Source: Pseudomonadota bacterium (GTDB taxonomy: Bacteria; Bdellovibrionota; UBA1018; CAIMNF01). Taken from it: a stretch of DNA of 64,000 nt. The notes beneath the pieces are model-generated. The model made no database searches, was not told the origin of the DNA, and saw only the letters and a program-made list of their open reading frames with translations. The stretch lies in the NCBI GenBank assembly GCA_027486675.1, contig JAIXOQ010000006.1, positions 9,125 through 73,124 of the forward strand, written 5' to 3'. A program made the translations under genes and the position numbers. Positions 27,214 through 37,198 of this stretch are shown piece after piece. Numbering within the stretch: the first letter of the stretch is position 1; the number at the start of each line of letters is the position of its first letter.

Positions 27214-30200
27214 AATTGCAGGCGCTGTCTTCTTCTTTTCAGTTACGGCACTTGTGCTCGGTGCACTCGCGTATCTTCAAGGTGAACATTTTGCTTCCAT
27301 AGTGAAACAGTTGATTTCAGATCGTGCCCCGACGCAACTCGGTGTTAATGGCGATTTCTCTACGATCAAGCTGCACTACTTTCCGCCAGGGATTGGTATT
27401 CTCAACCCAAAGGTTCGCGTGAGTCCCGACAACGTGGCGTCTATTCCAGTGGAAGCCACCATTGATGCGGAAGAAGTGTGGCTGACCTTTGCCCCGCTGC
27501 AGATGCTCAGTGGTACCCTGACCATCGATAACATCGTGATTCGAGAGGGTGGAGTTGTAGCGCGGCTCAATAAAGATGCGCTTCAACCCAAGCGTTCAAA
27601 AAGAAAGAAACCAAGCACCTTTAGTTTTCGTGAACTCTTTGATGTGGAGGTTGAACGGGTCACTTTGCTGAATACCTCGTTAAGTCTCAGCACACTAGAA
27701 AGAGAGTCAAAATCAATTGCAAGTGGTGTCGTTGGAAGACTTGAGATCGCAAAACGCAACTCGAGTGTGCCAGCATTCCTACTTGAAGCAGAAATTCAAG
27801 CAGTGCAGCTCCCACTCAGTCAGTGGTTCACAAAGTTTCGCGACCTGATAGTTTATCGTACTTCCTTCAGTGCAGAATTTAGTGAAGAAGGACTAACCTC
27901 CAGAGAGTTTGAGCTTGTTCTACAAGGAGCCACTGTTGGTGGAGCGGCAAAAATCACTGGGAATCTTTTAGACTCTGCTGCATCACCAGAGCTAGATTTT
28001 CAGATCAAAGGCAGCGCTGATTTGGGGCTTGCATCAGGGTACTTTGGGCTATCGGATGTTTCGGGGAAGGTGTCGGCAGCTGTCGAGGGAAGGTCGAAGC
28101 TTTATTCGGTTGATTCAACTCTGATAGCAAAAGCGATGTTGAATGGTGCGTCGCTAGAGTACCAAGGGATCAAGGCCGACCATTTTGAGGCCTCTGCTCT
28201 ATTGGATTTAGTTCGACAGGAGTTAAGGGAAGTTCAGTTTTCCGCCGCAGATGTTGAGAACCCTAAAGTTCAAAACGGGGTGAGGCTGCGAGCCGGACGA
28301 TTGCCGCTTTCGTTTTCTGGTGATCTTGAGGCTCAGGTGGAACTGGATCAGGCTCGACTTCATTGGCTCCTTGGGCCACTCGCCCAGGAAGTAACAAAGT
28401 TTACAACTGACCTCACTGGAAAAATTTTACTTTCTGGAAATGGCGTCAGCAAAAACTCAGTTGGTTATTGGCAGATCAGGCCCGATCTCACATTGACCAA
28501 TCTCAAGCTCGGTTCTGTACTGAATGTCCCTGATGCAATCAAACTGAAAGGTCCAGTTCAGTTCAGTAAAGCAGGTGTGACTCTTCAGGATGTTTCAGTG
28601 AGTCGTGGTGCGATCGGACTCGTAGTGAATGGGGCGGTTGGAAAAGAAGGCTTCGATTTAAATTCTCTAGGTAATGTAGACCTTCGTGACCTTGGGCCGT
28701 TGATTGGAACACCATTGCTCGGTACGGGTAAGCTCAATCTTTCAGTCCGTGGTCCGAGTTCCCGAGTCGTACTTGATTTCGATGCAAACCTAAAAGCGGC
28801 AAACTATCTTGGCTTGAATCTTGGAGACCTTGAAGGGAACGTCAAAGTAGACCTTGGCTTAGATGAGGTCAGCTTTCACAACTTACGTTCCAAGTTCGGA
28901 CGCACTTTTTACACGGTGAAAGAAGGAAAAATCGACATTAGTGGTGGCGATGATCTGAATATTCCGATTCGTATTCAGGACGGTCGAGCAGAAGAAGTTG
29001 CTGTCATTCTAGATCGCCTGGTCTCAAAGCTTGAATGGTACCCGCGTACTCTTAAGGGCCAAATTTCGGGTGATGTATTAATTCATGGGAAGATAGATCT
29101 CCCTCAGTTAAAGGTGGACGCGGATCTCCAGGGAACAGATTGGAGCTGGAAGAGCGAAAAATTTAGAAGAGTGCAGGGGCGGTTTTCTTTAGAAAATCGA
29201 ATCTACTCCCTTAAAAATCTAGTCGCGACGAAAACGACTGGGGAATTCAGTGGAAACGTATCTTTCGACTCTAAGTCCGACGAGATCAGCTGGTCGCTAG
29301 ATACAAAGGGGTTAAGCTTAAAGGATGTCGATGCGGTCGATCGCCTCGATGTTCCGGCCCGGGCGCAGATCTCCGTGAACAGTTGGGGAAAAGGCCGAAT
29401 TTCAAATGTTGAATCCAAGACTGATATTCGCGTGAGTTCCACTCTGTTCCGTGGGGAGGACCTTGCTGACTCTGGCTTAAGAATTGAAACGAGTGACTAC
29501 TTGATTAGGTCGCAGCTCAGAATATTTGGGGATCAGGTGGAAGGAAGCCTCAGATATGCCACCCTCGACCAACAGCCGAGTCAGTTCAATTTAGCGTTTC
29601 GTCAGTTTGATTTTTCCCCCTTAATTCTGATTTTGAATCCGAAGCTTGTCGATGATTCTGAACTTCGGGGGACAATGAGTGGAGGACTCAATCTAGAATT
29701 TCTTACCAATCGTGGTGAGTTTGCACGGGGTAAGGTCGAGCTAGATCAGTATTTGATAGCAAAAAAGGGTTTCAAACTTGAACTGGCAACTCCTGTCAAA
29801 GTCCCGGTCCAGCTCGGTTTCTTTAATATTCCCCCGACTACATTTCGGTCAGAGGGCAACACACTCACTTTGACCGGCACTGGGAATCGTGGGCAAATCG
29901 ACGCTCGGCTTTCAGGCGCAGTCGATCTCCGCCTTCTGGAATTTGTTTCAGGCGCAATCGCTGAATCAAGCGGCAAAGCATTAGTTCAGCTGAGGGGGAC
30001 TGGAACAATCAAGGCTCCTGATGTTTCCGGTGTCGTTGATATCAAGTCTGAACGGTTTCTTCTCGGATTCATCCAAAGTCCAGTAGAGTCACTGAGCGGT
30101 GAGGTGAAGATTCAAGGAAATAAGATCCTAGCTGATCGGCTACGCGGTGATTTTGGTGGTGCAGCTGTTTATGTTCAAAGCAAGATCACAACGCACGCAG

Positions 30201-31249
30201 ATGCATGGCCCGAAATCATGTTGCGAGTGATGCTCGGTGAAAATCGCATTCAGATGAAGCCGTTAGAATCGATTCAACCTAAAGGTTATATCCTTATCGA
30301 GGGCACAGAGCCGCCTTACAAGGTTGGAGGCTCAATTCGCTTGGATGGCGCAGTGTTCACGAAGAGCTTCGGCGGCAACGATACATCTGGTGCCGACGGG
30401 GATAGGTTTTCCCCCGATTCAAACGAGCGCGGTACAGGCACGACTTCGACATTTGTCTTAGATCTTCCAGTATCTTTTGAAAAAGGATTTTGGGTACGGA
30501 ATGAAATTCTTGATGCAGAGTTCCGAGGTCAGGTCACGGTCAAGGGTGAGCCAGGAAATCCTGGTCTCATCGGTGATATGGAACTGATTCAGGGGAAAAT
30601 CCTTTTTAAAGATCGTCCATTTAAGCTTGAAGCAACTCGGGTAGACTTCACGTCCCCTTATGCAATTGAACCTGCTTTCAGTGCGTCAGCTGTTACAGAG
30701 ATTAGTAATCATAAACTCCGCCTTCTTGCGCAAGGAGTTGGAGCAAAGTTTAAAGCAGAGCTATCTTCAGTTCCCTTTCTTCCAGAGCCTGAAATCTATT
30801 CGCTGCTCAGTTCTGGTTTCACTACGAAAGATGTCGGCCGGTTTAGGGGTGGAGATCGTACATACGTGAATCAGGGTGAAGCGGCTTCATTAGTATTGCA
30901 TCAACTTGAATTCAGTCGCGACGTTGAGAAACGCACAGGTTTTGCTTTCGAGTTTGGTGAGGCCTTTGACAATCAAAAGGCAGTGAGTGCATTCAACCCA
31001 CGCGCCGCGCAGCAAAATGTTGCTGCCCCGAAGGTGACTGTGCGGCGCCGTCTGGGTCGCAATCTAGATCTTTCCTTTGGGAGTACCGTAGGAGTTGGAA
31101 CGCAGACCGCTCGCGAAGTGAATGCGGCCTATCGATTGAACAGTGCAGTTTCCGTCTTGGGCGTTTGGACAGCTTTTGAAGGGGTCAATAACCGGGATGC
31201 AAGAACCTCGTATGGGATAGACTTTCGGGTCGATAAGCGATTCAAGTGA
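27191..31249 (+). CDS. tamB: TamB-like translocation and assembly module protein (AsmA/DUF490 family), inner-membrane anchored
   Basis: N-terminal TM anchor; about 1350 aa beta-rich repetitive body; C-terminal DUF490-like end ...TSYGIDFRVDKRFK; translationally coupled to the downstream Omp85 gene. Confidence 0.7.
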   Translation: MMLRRRIKIAGAVFFFSVTALVLGALAYLQGEHFASIVKQLISDRAPTQLGVNGDFSTIKLHYFPPGIGILNPKVRVSPDNVASIPVEATIDAEEVWLTFAPLQMLSGTLTIDNIVIREGGVVARLNKDALQPKRSKRKKPSTFSFRELFDVEVERVTLLNTSLSLSTLERESKSIASGVVGRLEIAKRNSSVPAFLLEAEIQAVQLPLSQWFTKFRDLIVYRTSFSAEFSEEGLTSREFELVLQGATVGGAAKITGNLLDSAASPELDFQIKGSADLGLASGYFGLSDVSGKVSAAVEGRSKLYSVDSTLIAKAMLNGASLEYQGIKADHFEASALLDLVRQELREVQFSAADVENPKVQNGVRLRAGRLPLSFSGDLEAQVELDQARLHWLLGPLAQEVTKFTTDLTGKILLSGNGVSKNSVGYWQIRPDLTLTNLKLGSVLNVPDAIKLKGPVQFSKAGVTLQDVSVSRGAIGLVVNGAVGKEGFDLNSLGNVDLRDLGPLIGTPLLGTGKLNLSVRGPSSRVVLDFDANLKAANYLGLNLGDLEGNVKVDLGLDEVSFHNLRSKFGRTFYTVKEGKIDISGGDDLNIPIRIQDGRAEEVAVILDRLVSKLEWYPRTLKGQISGDVLIHGKIDLPQLKVDADLQGTDWSWKSEKFRRVQGRFSLENRIYSLKNLVATKTTGEFSGNVSFDSKSDEISWSLDTKGLSLKDVDAVDRLDVPARAQISVNSWGKGRISNVESKTDIRVSSTLFRGEDLADSGLRIETSDYLIRSQLRIFGDQVEGSLRYATLDQQPSQFNLAFRQFDFSPLILILNPKLVDDSELRGTMSGGLNLEFLTNRGEFARGKVELDQYLIAKKGFKLELATPVKVPVQLGFFNIPPTTFRSEGNTLTLTGTGNRGQIDARLSGAVDLRLLEFVSGAIAESSGKALVQLRGTGTIKAPDVSGVVDIKSERFLLGFIQSPVESLSGEVKIQGNKILADRLRGDFGGAAVYVQSKITTHADAWPEIMLRVMLGENRIQMKPLESIQPKGYILIEGTEPPYKVGGSIRLDGAVFTKSFGGNDTSGADGDRFSPDSNERGTGTTSTFVLDLPVSFEKGFWVRNEILDAEFRGQVTVKGEPGNPGLIGDMELIQGKILFKDRPFKLEATRVDFTSPYAIEPAFSASAVTEISNHKLRLLAQGVGAKFKAELSSVPFLPEPEIYSLLSSGFTTKDVGRFRGGDRTYVNQGEAASLVLHQLEFSRDVEKRTGFAFEFGEAFDNQKAVSAFNPRAAQQNVAAPKVTVRRRLGRNLDLSFGSTVGVGTQTAREVNAAYRLNSAVSVLGVWTAFEGVNNRDARTSYGIDFRVDKRFK

Positions 31250-33837
31250 TTAGAACACTGAATAAATTATGCGTTTTCTTGAACTTCCTACTCCTGATTG
31301 CCTTCTCGCATGTGAGGCCAGTCTGCGCCCAAGAAGTTCGTATTGACCGTATTGAATGGAGCGGAGTTTCCGAAGAATTTAGGGACACCGTTCAGACGGT
31401 GGTTGGAATTTTTCCAGGTGACCCGCTGGAGCAGCCACGTATTACTCGCGCAGTTGAATCGTTGAAGGATTTTTACGTCAGCAACGGTTTTGTTTCCACC
31501 GCAATCTCTAGCGTTTTCGAACGAGTCCCGAAAGCGAGTCGTGCCACAGGAATGGAGAATGTGCTCAGGTTTGATGTCGAGGAGCGAGAACCTTTGCATC
31601 TGGCCAACATTGTGTACGACTATGTCGGGGACACGGGTGAATTGAAACGCCTAGCAGCCCCGCCCACAATTGAATTTGAGCCCTTAGAGCGTTTGAGTGA
31701 AGACCGGGTTCGATCGTTTAAACGATCGCTCGAACAAAAACTCACTGCACTTGATTTTATCGACAACAAGATTACAAAAATCGACTCACAGGTGAAGGTT
31801 GAAGAGGGCAGCACGAAAGTCACTCTTACGTTTCATGTTGATCTTGGTTCAAGGGTTCGTCTGACATTTCGAGGGAATGAATTTTTCACCCGCGCTGAAC
31901 TGCTTAGTACGATCAATGAGCAAAGGGATCGTGGTTTAGGTCGGGACTACGAAAAAACGATCCCCGAAGTGATTCGCCAGGTTTACAAGGACTATGGGTT
32001 CACGCAAACCCTGGTGGAGCCTTACTCATTTGAACGTCAGGGCTTTGATCCAAAACGCCTTCTTTTTAGCATTCAGGAAGGACCGCGTGTAAAGGTCGAT
32101 CGATTCATTTTCGATGGGAATGAGTCATTCACTTCGGACGAATTGGAAGAGATTCTCCTAGCGAGTGGCTCTGATCGAGTCCGGAGTGGGTACTTTAATC
32201 TTCCACAGCTCGAGGCAGCTGCGAATGGGATGATTCAAGAAATCAGAAGACGCGGTTTCTTAGCTGCACGTCTGCTTGGCGTGAAGACAGAGGCAGGTCC
32301 GACGAATGCTAGCGTGAAGATTAAAATCTTTGTTTATGAGGGACTCAGGACCCTCATAGAACATTTAGTAATCTTGGGTAATCAGACAATTAGCTCCTTT
32401 GAGATCGAACAGCAACTAGGATTGCATCCGGGTGATGCACTCAATCTCACTGCGCTTGAAAAGGGATTAGCGACCATCAAGCAGGCCTACAAGGACCAAG
32501 GTAATCTCCAAGTCAAAATTAAGAGTGAAGAGGACAAGACGCTCGTTGAGTATTCCGAAAAAAATCTTGTCGCTGATCTTAAGATCGAAATCGAAGAGGG
32601 CCCGGTCCTTAAGTTAGGAGCCATTCGCATTGATGGGAACCGCCGCACAAAGATTGAAGTCATCGAGCGAGAATTGCAGCTCTCGATCGGTGAGCCCATT
32701 CGGGAATATAAAGTCACTGAGTCCGCCGAACATTTGCGCAGGCTTGGGATCTTCAGCACGGTGAATGTCGATATTCTAGATGAAGGTCTAGGAGAGAATC
32801 GGCGGACTTTGAGAGTCGTTGTTGCGGAAGTGGGTCGAGGGAACATCGGCGGTGGTGTCGGATTTAGAAATGATCTTGGTCTTCGTATTTTTTCCGAGTT
32901 AACGCTCAGCAATCTTTGGGGACGTAACCACAGTTGGATTCTCAACGTGAACGCGAACTACCGTTTGCAGAACTATCGGTTCATCGAGTCCCAGGCGCTC
33001 ATGACATATACATGGCCTTTTGTTTTTTTGGGAGAAACCACGTTTCGACCTTCCATCAATTATGAGCGCAGGCAGTACATTCAGTTCGATGCAGAAATTA
33101 TAGGATTCAGTGCCTCCTTTGATCGAAGTCTCATCGAGGCTTTGCGAATGTTTGGAACCTTGACCTACACGCTCGAAGCAATTCGTCAGTTCAATGCGCG
33201 GCTCGCGAATGATGATCAGCAGATCCGGATTGGTTCGATCACTCCTGCGTTACGTTTTGATTTTCGCGACAACCCGTACAATCCGAGACGCGGATTTTTC
33301 ATTCAGTCGGCCTATGAATACGCCTCAACAAGTCTTGGGTCCGAGAGCTTGCCGAATCCTGTTGGATACAGCCGAGCAACTTTTCGAGCAGACGCTCATA
33401 CGGACATTATCCCTCGGATGGTGTGGAGTCTGAGCGGGCGAGGAGGGATAGCTAAAAACCATGAGCTTTCCGCCGACTCCGAATCCTCCCTTCCGTTGAT
33501 TAAGCAATTCGCTTTAGGTGGAATCAACAATTTGCGTGGGTATATTCTTCAAGAATTGAACGTTCAGGACCGCGTGGTGCGGGACTATATGACTTTCGTG
33601 AATTATCGCGCTCAGGCGGACTATTTCTTCAGTCAGAACCTCAGTGTGGGGCCCTTCTTAGACGCCGGTAACCTGAACGTGAGCAGTTTTTCCTTCGGGG
33701 GGCTCCGTTATGGTGCTGGACTCGGACTGCGCTACGCAACGCCCGTAGGGCCCGTCAACTTTGACTGGGGATTTAAACTATTTCCAAATTCAAATGAGCA
33801 GGCAAATGTCTTCTACTTTTCACTTGGGGTAATTTAA
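31246..33837 (+). CDS. Omp85-family outer-membrane protein (BamA/TamA-like) with POTRA repeats
   Basis: signal peptide; multiple POTRA-like repeats; C-terminal beta-barrel (...GLRYGAGLGLRYATPVGPVNFDWGFKL...); 863 aa, closer in size to BamA than to TamA. Confidence 0.8.
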   Translation: MIRTLNKLCVFLNFLLLIAFSHVRPVCAQEVRIDRIEWSGVSEEFRDTVQTVVGIFPGDPLEQPRITRAVESLKDFYVSNGFVSTAISSVFERVPKASRATGMENVLRFDVEEREPLHLANIVYDYVGDTGELKRLAAPPTIEFEPLERLSEDRVRSFKRSLEQKLTALDFIDNKITKIDSQVKVEEGSTKVTLTFHVDLGSRVRLTFRGNEFFTRAELLSTINEQRDRGLGRDYEKTIPEVIRQVYKDYGFTQTLVEPYSFERQGFDPKRLLFSIQEGPRVKVDRFIFDGNESFTSDELEEILLASGSDRVRSGYFNLPQLEAAANGMIQEIRRRGFLAARLLGVKTEAGPTNASVKIKIFVYEGLRTLIEHLVILGNQTISSFEIEQQLGLHPGDALNLTALEKGLATIKQAYKDQGNLQVKIKSEEDKTLVEYSEKNLVADLKIEIEEGPVLKLGAIRIDGNRRTKIEVIERELQLSIGEPIREYKVTESAEHLRRLGIFSTVNVDILDEGLGENRRTLRVVVAEVGRGNIGGGVGFRNDLGLRIFSELTLSNLWGRNHSWILNVNANYRLQNYRFIESQALMTYTWPFVFLGETTFRPSINYERRQYIQFDAEIIGFSASFDRSLIEALRMFGTLTYTLEAIRQFNARLANDDQQIRIGSITPALRFDFRDNPYNPRRGFFIQSAYEYASTSLGSESLPNPVGYSRATFRADAHTDIIPRMVWSLSGRGGIAKNHELSADSESSLPLIKQFALGGINNLRGYILQELNVQDRVVRDYMTFVNYRAQADYFFSQNLSVGPFLDAGNLNVSSFSFGGLRYGAGLGLRYATPVGPVNFDWGFKLFPNSNEQANVFYFSLGVI

Positions 33838-33880
33838 GAATTGACCCAAAAGGGTGTTCTCAGGTACTCCAGTAAGTTCT

Positions 33881-34393
33881 ATGTTTCAACAGAAATCCTA
33901 TTTGGCTCGCCGCACTGGCGCGCACTTTTTCGAGACTCAAGGTCCAAACGCTCCTAAGTGGTACATCGTAGATGCGAAGGGCCAAGTGCCTGGTCGTCTT
34001 GCTTCGATGATTGCAAAGGTCATCACGGGCAAACACAAGACCACTTATTCACCAAGTGTAGACACAGGTGACTTCGTGATTGTGATCAACGCAGAAAAAG
34101 TCGTGTTCACGCGCAACAAGCTCGAAACAAAACTTTACCGTGATTACACCGGTTACATCAGCGGCTTAAAAGTAAAGACCGCACGTCAAATGCTGGAAAC
34201 AAAACCAGAGCAAGTGATTGAGCGTGCTGTTTGGGGAATGACGAACAAGTCATCCTTGGCACGTCACCAAGTGAAGAAACTGAAAATTTATGCAGGTACG
34301 GAACATCCACATGCAGCGCAAGAGCCTCAAGCCCTTCCGCTTGCAGCGACACGCCGTTCAGCATTGACAGCAAAAAACAGAAAAAGGACCTAA
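33881..34393 (+). CDS. rplM: 50S ribosomal protein L13
   Basis: KWYIVDAKGQVPGRLAS and the rest of the L13 fold; start ambiguous (ATG at 33881 or GTG at 33854); C-terminal basic extension. Confidence 0.85.
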   Translation: MFQQKSYLARRTGAHFFETQGPNAPKWYIVDAKGQVPGRLASMIAKVITGKHKTTYSPSVDTGDFVIVINAEKVVFTRNKLETKLYRDYTGYISGLKVKTARQMLETKPEQVIERAVWGMTNKSSLARHQVKKLKIYAGTEHPHAAQEPQALPLAATRRSALTAKNRKRT

Positions 34394-34402
34394 GAAAGAT
34401 TC

Positions 34403-34816
34403 ATGGCAACAAACCAAGAAAAACCAGTTCATCAAGTAGGCAAACGTAAGTCGGCAGTGGCTCGGATTTATCTCCGTCCACGCGCGGGCGAGATCGGTCT
34501 GATTCGTATCAATGGCCGTAGCTTGGAAGACTACTTCCCACGCCCAACGCTTCAGAAGATTGCTCTTCAAAGCTTAGAGCTGACCAGCACACAAGGTCAG
34601 TACGACATCTCGGTAAACATGAAAGGCGGCGGAGTTTCTGCACAAGCTTCTGCACTGCGTCATGGAATCGCCAAAATCTTGAATGAAATTGACCGCACCG
34701 AGTACCGCCTCACCTTGAAAAAGGCTGGCTTCTTGACTCGTGATGCTCGTGAAGTGGAACGTAAAAAGTACGGTATGGCCGGTGCCCGCCGTCGCTTCCA
34801 GTTCTCGAAACGTTAA
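34403..34816 (+). CDS. rpsI: 30S ribosomal protein S9
   Basis: C-terminal ...ARRRFQFSKR; 137 aa; follows rplM. Confidence 0.9.
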   Translation: MATNQEKPVHQVGKRKSAVARIYLRPRAGEIGLIRINGRSLEDYFPRPTLQKIALQSLELTSTQGQYDISVNMKGGGVSAQASALRHGIAKILNEIDRTEYRLTLKKAGFLTRDAREVERKKYGMAGARRRFQFSKR

Positions 34817-34853
34817 TCTTTTGCGCCCCCTGTGGGCGATCTAGTCTTGACGG

Positions 34854-34888
34854 CCCTCAGGGAAATTTTCCCTGGGGGCTTTTTTTTG
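34854..34888 (+). terminator. Rho-independent terminator of the rplM-rpsI operon
   Basis: stem CCCTCAGGGAA/TTCCCTGGGGG followed by CTTTTTTTT. Confidence 0.65.
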
Positions 34889-34952
34889 ATCTCTTTCCGT
34901 TGAGGCTGGGTTTCTTTTGCCTACATACTAGAGTCTGGAGGCACTTGAATTC

Positions 34953-35747
34953 ATGGGATCACTTTTTAGGCCGTCGTGTGCAGTACTGATCGCTTTGGTT
35001 TCCGTCGCCCAGGCTGCGCAAGCAACGGGGGTGAGCGTGAATGGCAAAATGATCACGGATGCGGACTTGGAGGCGGTGGTGTCCCAGATGCCGGGCAAAG
35101 GGAAGACGGACATCTTAAAGGACCCCGTTTCAAAAGCTCAGCTCATTTCTACACTCGTGAATCAGGAGCTTTTATTTCAGGATGCAAATGCGAAAAAGGT
35201 TTCAGAATCAAAAGAGTACAAACAAGCTTTAGAGGCCTTTAAGAAGCAGCTCGCAGTGGAGTTGCTCGTGCGAAATCAGATCACGAGTAAAGTCACGACT
35301 GCGTCCGCGAAGGACTACTTTGAGAAACATAAGCTTCAGTACTCCAATGATGCTGTGCATGCTCTCCACGTACTGACTAAGACAGAGGCTGAGGCTAAGG
35401 CAATTATGGCTGAAGTAAAAAAGCCTGGGGCTGATTTTCAAATGATCGCTGAGAAAAAGTCGATTGATCCTTCAGCCAAGACCAATCGGGGTGATTTAGG
35501 TTTCTTCGGGCGCGGCATGTTAGATGCCGGATTCACGGAAGCTGCATTCGCGGGAAAAACGAATGAAGTCATCGGGCCAGTGAAGACCTTGTTCGGTTAT
35601 CACATCATCAAGGTGCTCGAGAAGAAAACCGGGAAGCCTGCCGATTTTGCCGAAGCGGAACCACGCGTGCGCGCAGACTTGCAACGTGACCTGATCGCTT
35701 CTCACTTAAATGAGCTTAAGAAGAAGTCGAAAGTTCAGGGTCTTTAA
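34953..35747 (+). CDS. periplasmic parvulin-type peptidyl-prolyl cis-trans isomerase (PpiC/SurA-like)
   Basis: signal peptide; rotamase domain DLGFFGRGML...GPVKTLFGYHIIKV. Confidence 0.75.
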   Translation: MGSLFRPSCAVLIALVSVAQAAQATGVSVNGKMITDADLEAVVSQMPGKGKTDILKDPVSKAQLISTLVNQELLFQDANAKKVSESKEYKQALEAFKKQLAVELLVRNQITSKVTTASAKDYFEKHKLQYSNDAVHALHVLTKTEAEAKAIMAEVKKPGADFQMIAEKKSIDPSAKTNRGDLGFFGRGMLDAGFTEAAFAGKTNEVIGPVKTLFGYHIIKVLEKKTGKPADFAEAEPRVRADLQRDLIASHLNELKKKSKVQGL

Positions 35748-35749
35748 GG

Positions 35750-37198
35750 TCAGTTTGTAAAATCCCTAGCTGTAATCCCGTATTTCTCAAGCTTTCGAAG
35801 CAAGGTTTTCTTCGGGATATTCGCATGGATCGCCGTTTGATTGATTTTGCCTTTGAATGCCTTAAGGGCGCTGATCAAAAACTGCTTTTCAAACTCTTCC
35901 TTGCTGGCCTGGAAGTCAAAACGTTCCATGGAGACGCTGACGCTTAAGCCGTCGCCCATTTCACTCGTGTCCTCAGATCCGTTTTCGTCTAGCACTACGG
36001 TTCCCGCACTTAAGACTGAGCCGGTGCTCACCCCAGATTGGAGTTTTTCCGGCAGGCTCTCTGGATGAATCAGGTCCATGTTTTCCAACACGAATGAGTG
36101 CTCGATCACGTTTTCCAATTCACGAATATTTCCTGGCCATTTGTGCGCCTTCATCAAAGTGACGGCTCCTTCCGTTAAGCCTTTGATATTCTTTTTGTAT
36201 CGGCTGTTGAAACGCTCAATGAAGTAGGCCGAAAGCGCTTCGATATCATTCTTACGTTCACGCAGTGGTGGAAGTGCGATCGGTAGGACATTCAGCCTGT
36301 AGAACAGATCTTCACGAAACTGTTCATTCTTTATCATTTGTTCCAGGTTTCTGTTTGTAGCAGCTACGATGCGTACATTCGCCTCGATTTCTCGATTGCT
36401 GCCCACAGGGGTGAATTTCTTCTCCTGCAGCACCCGGAGTAACTTCACTTGCATGGCAGGTGAAATCTCGCCGATCTCATCTAAAAACAGTGTTCCGCCT
36501 TCTGCGTATTGGAACTTTCCAATCTTTCTCGAGTCAGCACCGGTGAATGCTCCTTTTTCGTGACCAAAGAACTCGCTCTCAATGAGGGATTCAGGAATCG
36601 CAGAGCAATTGACGGCGACGAAACGATTGTCTTTCCTTGGACCGTAGAAGTGGAGCGCCTGTGCTACAAGTTCTTTACCCGTACCGCTTTCACCGCGTAT
36701 TAAGACTGGGGTGTCGGTTTGCGCAAGGCGATCAATGACCGTAAAGATTTTTTTCATCTCGCTGCTTTGGCCAACAAAGTCCGTACCGTTGGGTAGGCGG
36801 AAGATCGGCGCAGAAAGAGTCATCGCACGTACCATGCTTTGCGTCTTAAAGGCCTTGTCAATCATGTAGACCAAGTTGTCTGACTTCACAGGCTTTTCTA
36901 GGTAGTTGTATGCCCCAATTTTTGTTGCCTCCACTGCGTCTCTGATATTTGAAAATGCCGTAAGAATCATCACCATGATCGAAGCATCATGGGATTTGAT
37001 CTCCCGCAGCGCCTCTATGCCCGTCATGCGCGGCATATTTACGTCCATCAGGACCGCATCAAAAGAGCCCGCCTTCACCTTAGTCACGGCGTCTTCGCCG
37101 TCGGCTGCTTCATCTGTCGCATATCCAGCTTCTTTAAGAGCTGAAGTTACAGAGAGTCTTAGGTCCTTGTCGTCATCGACTACCAATATTTTAGGCAT
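35750..37198 (-). CDS. sigma-54-dependent response regulator (NtrC family)
   Basis: REC domain (ILVVDDD...D in DAVLMDVNMP); AAA+ sigma-54 domain (GESGTGKE, GAFTGA, WPGNIRELEN); C-terminal Fis-type HTH (QTAIHANIPKKTLLRKLEKYGI). Confidence 0.9.
   Translation of the reverse strand: MPKILVVDDDKDLRLSVTSALKEAGYATDEAADGEDAVTKVKAGSFDAVLMDVNMPRMTGIEALREIKSHDASIMVMILTAFSNIRDAVEATKIGAYNYLEKPVKSDNLVYMIDKAFKTQSMVRAMTLSAPIFRLPNGTDFVGQSSEMKKIFTVIDRLAQTDTPVLIRGESGTGKELVAQALHFYGPRKDNRFVAVNCSAIPESLIESEFFGHEKGAFTGADSRKIGKFQYAEGGTLFLDEIGEISPAMQVKLLRVLQEKKFTPVGSNREIEANVRIVAATNRNLEQMIKNEQFREDLFYRLNVLPIALPPLRERKNDIEALSAYFIERFNSRYKKNIKGLTEGAVTLMKAHKWPGNIRELENVIEHSFVLENMDLIHPESLPEKLQSGVSTGSVLSAGTVVLDENGSEDTSEMGDGLSVSVSMERFDFQASKEEFEKQFLISALKAFKGKINQTAIHANIPKKTLLRKLEKYGITARDFTN

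Noticed and set aside
33854-33880. GTG start for rplM 27 nt upstream of the ATG
   Set aside because: Neither start has a convincing SD. The ATG at 33881 gives an N-terminus closer to bacterial L13 lengths, but the longer form cannot be excluded.
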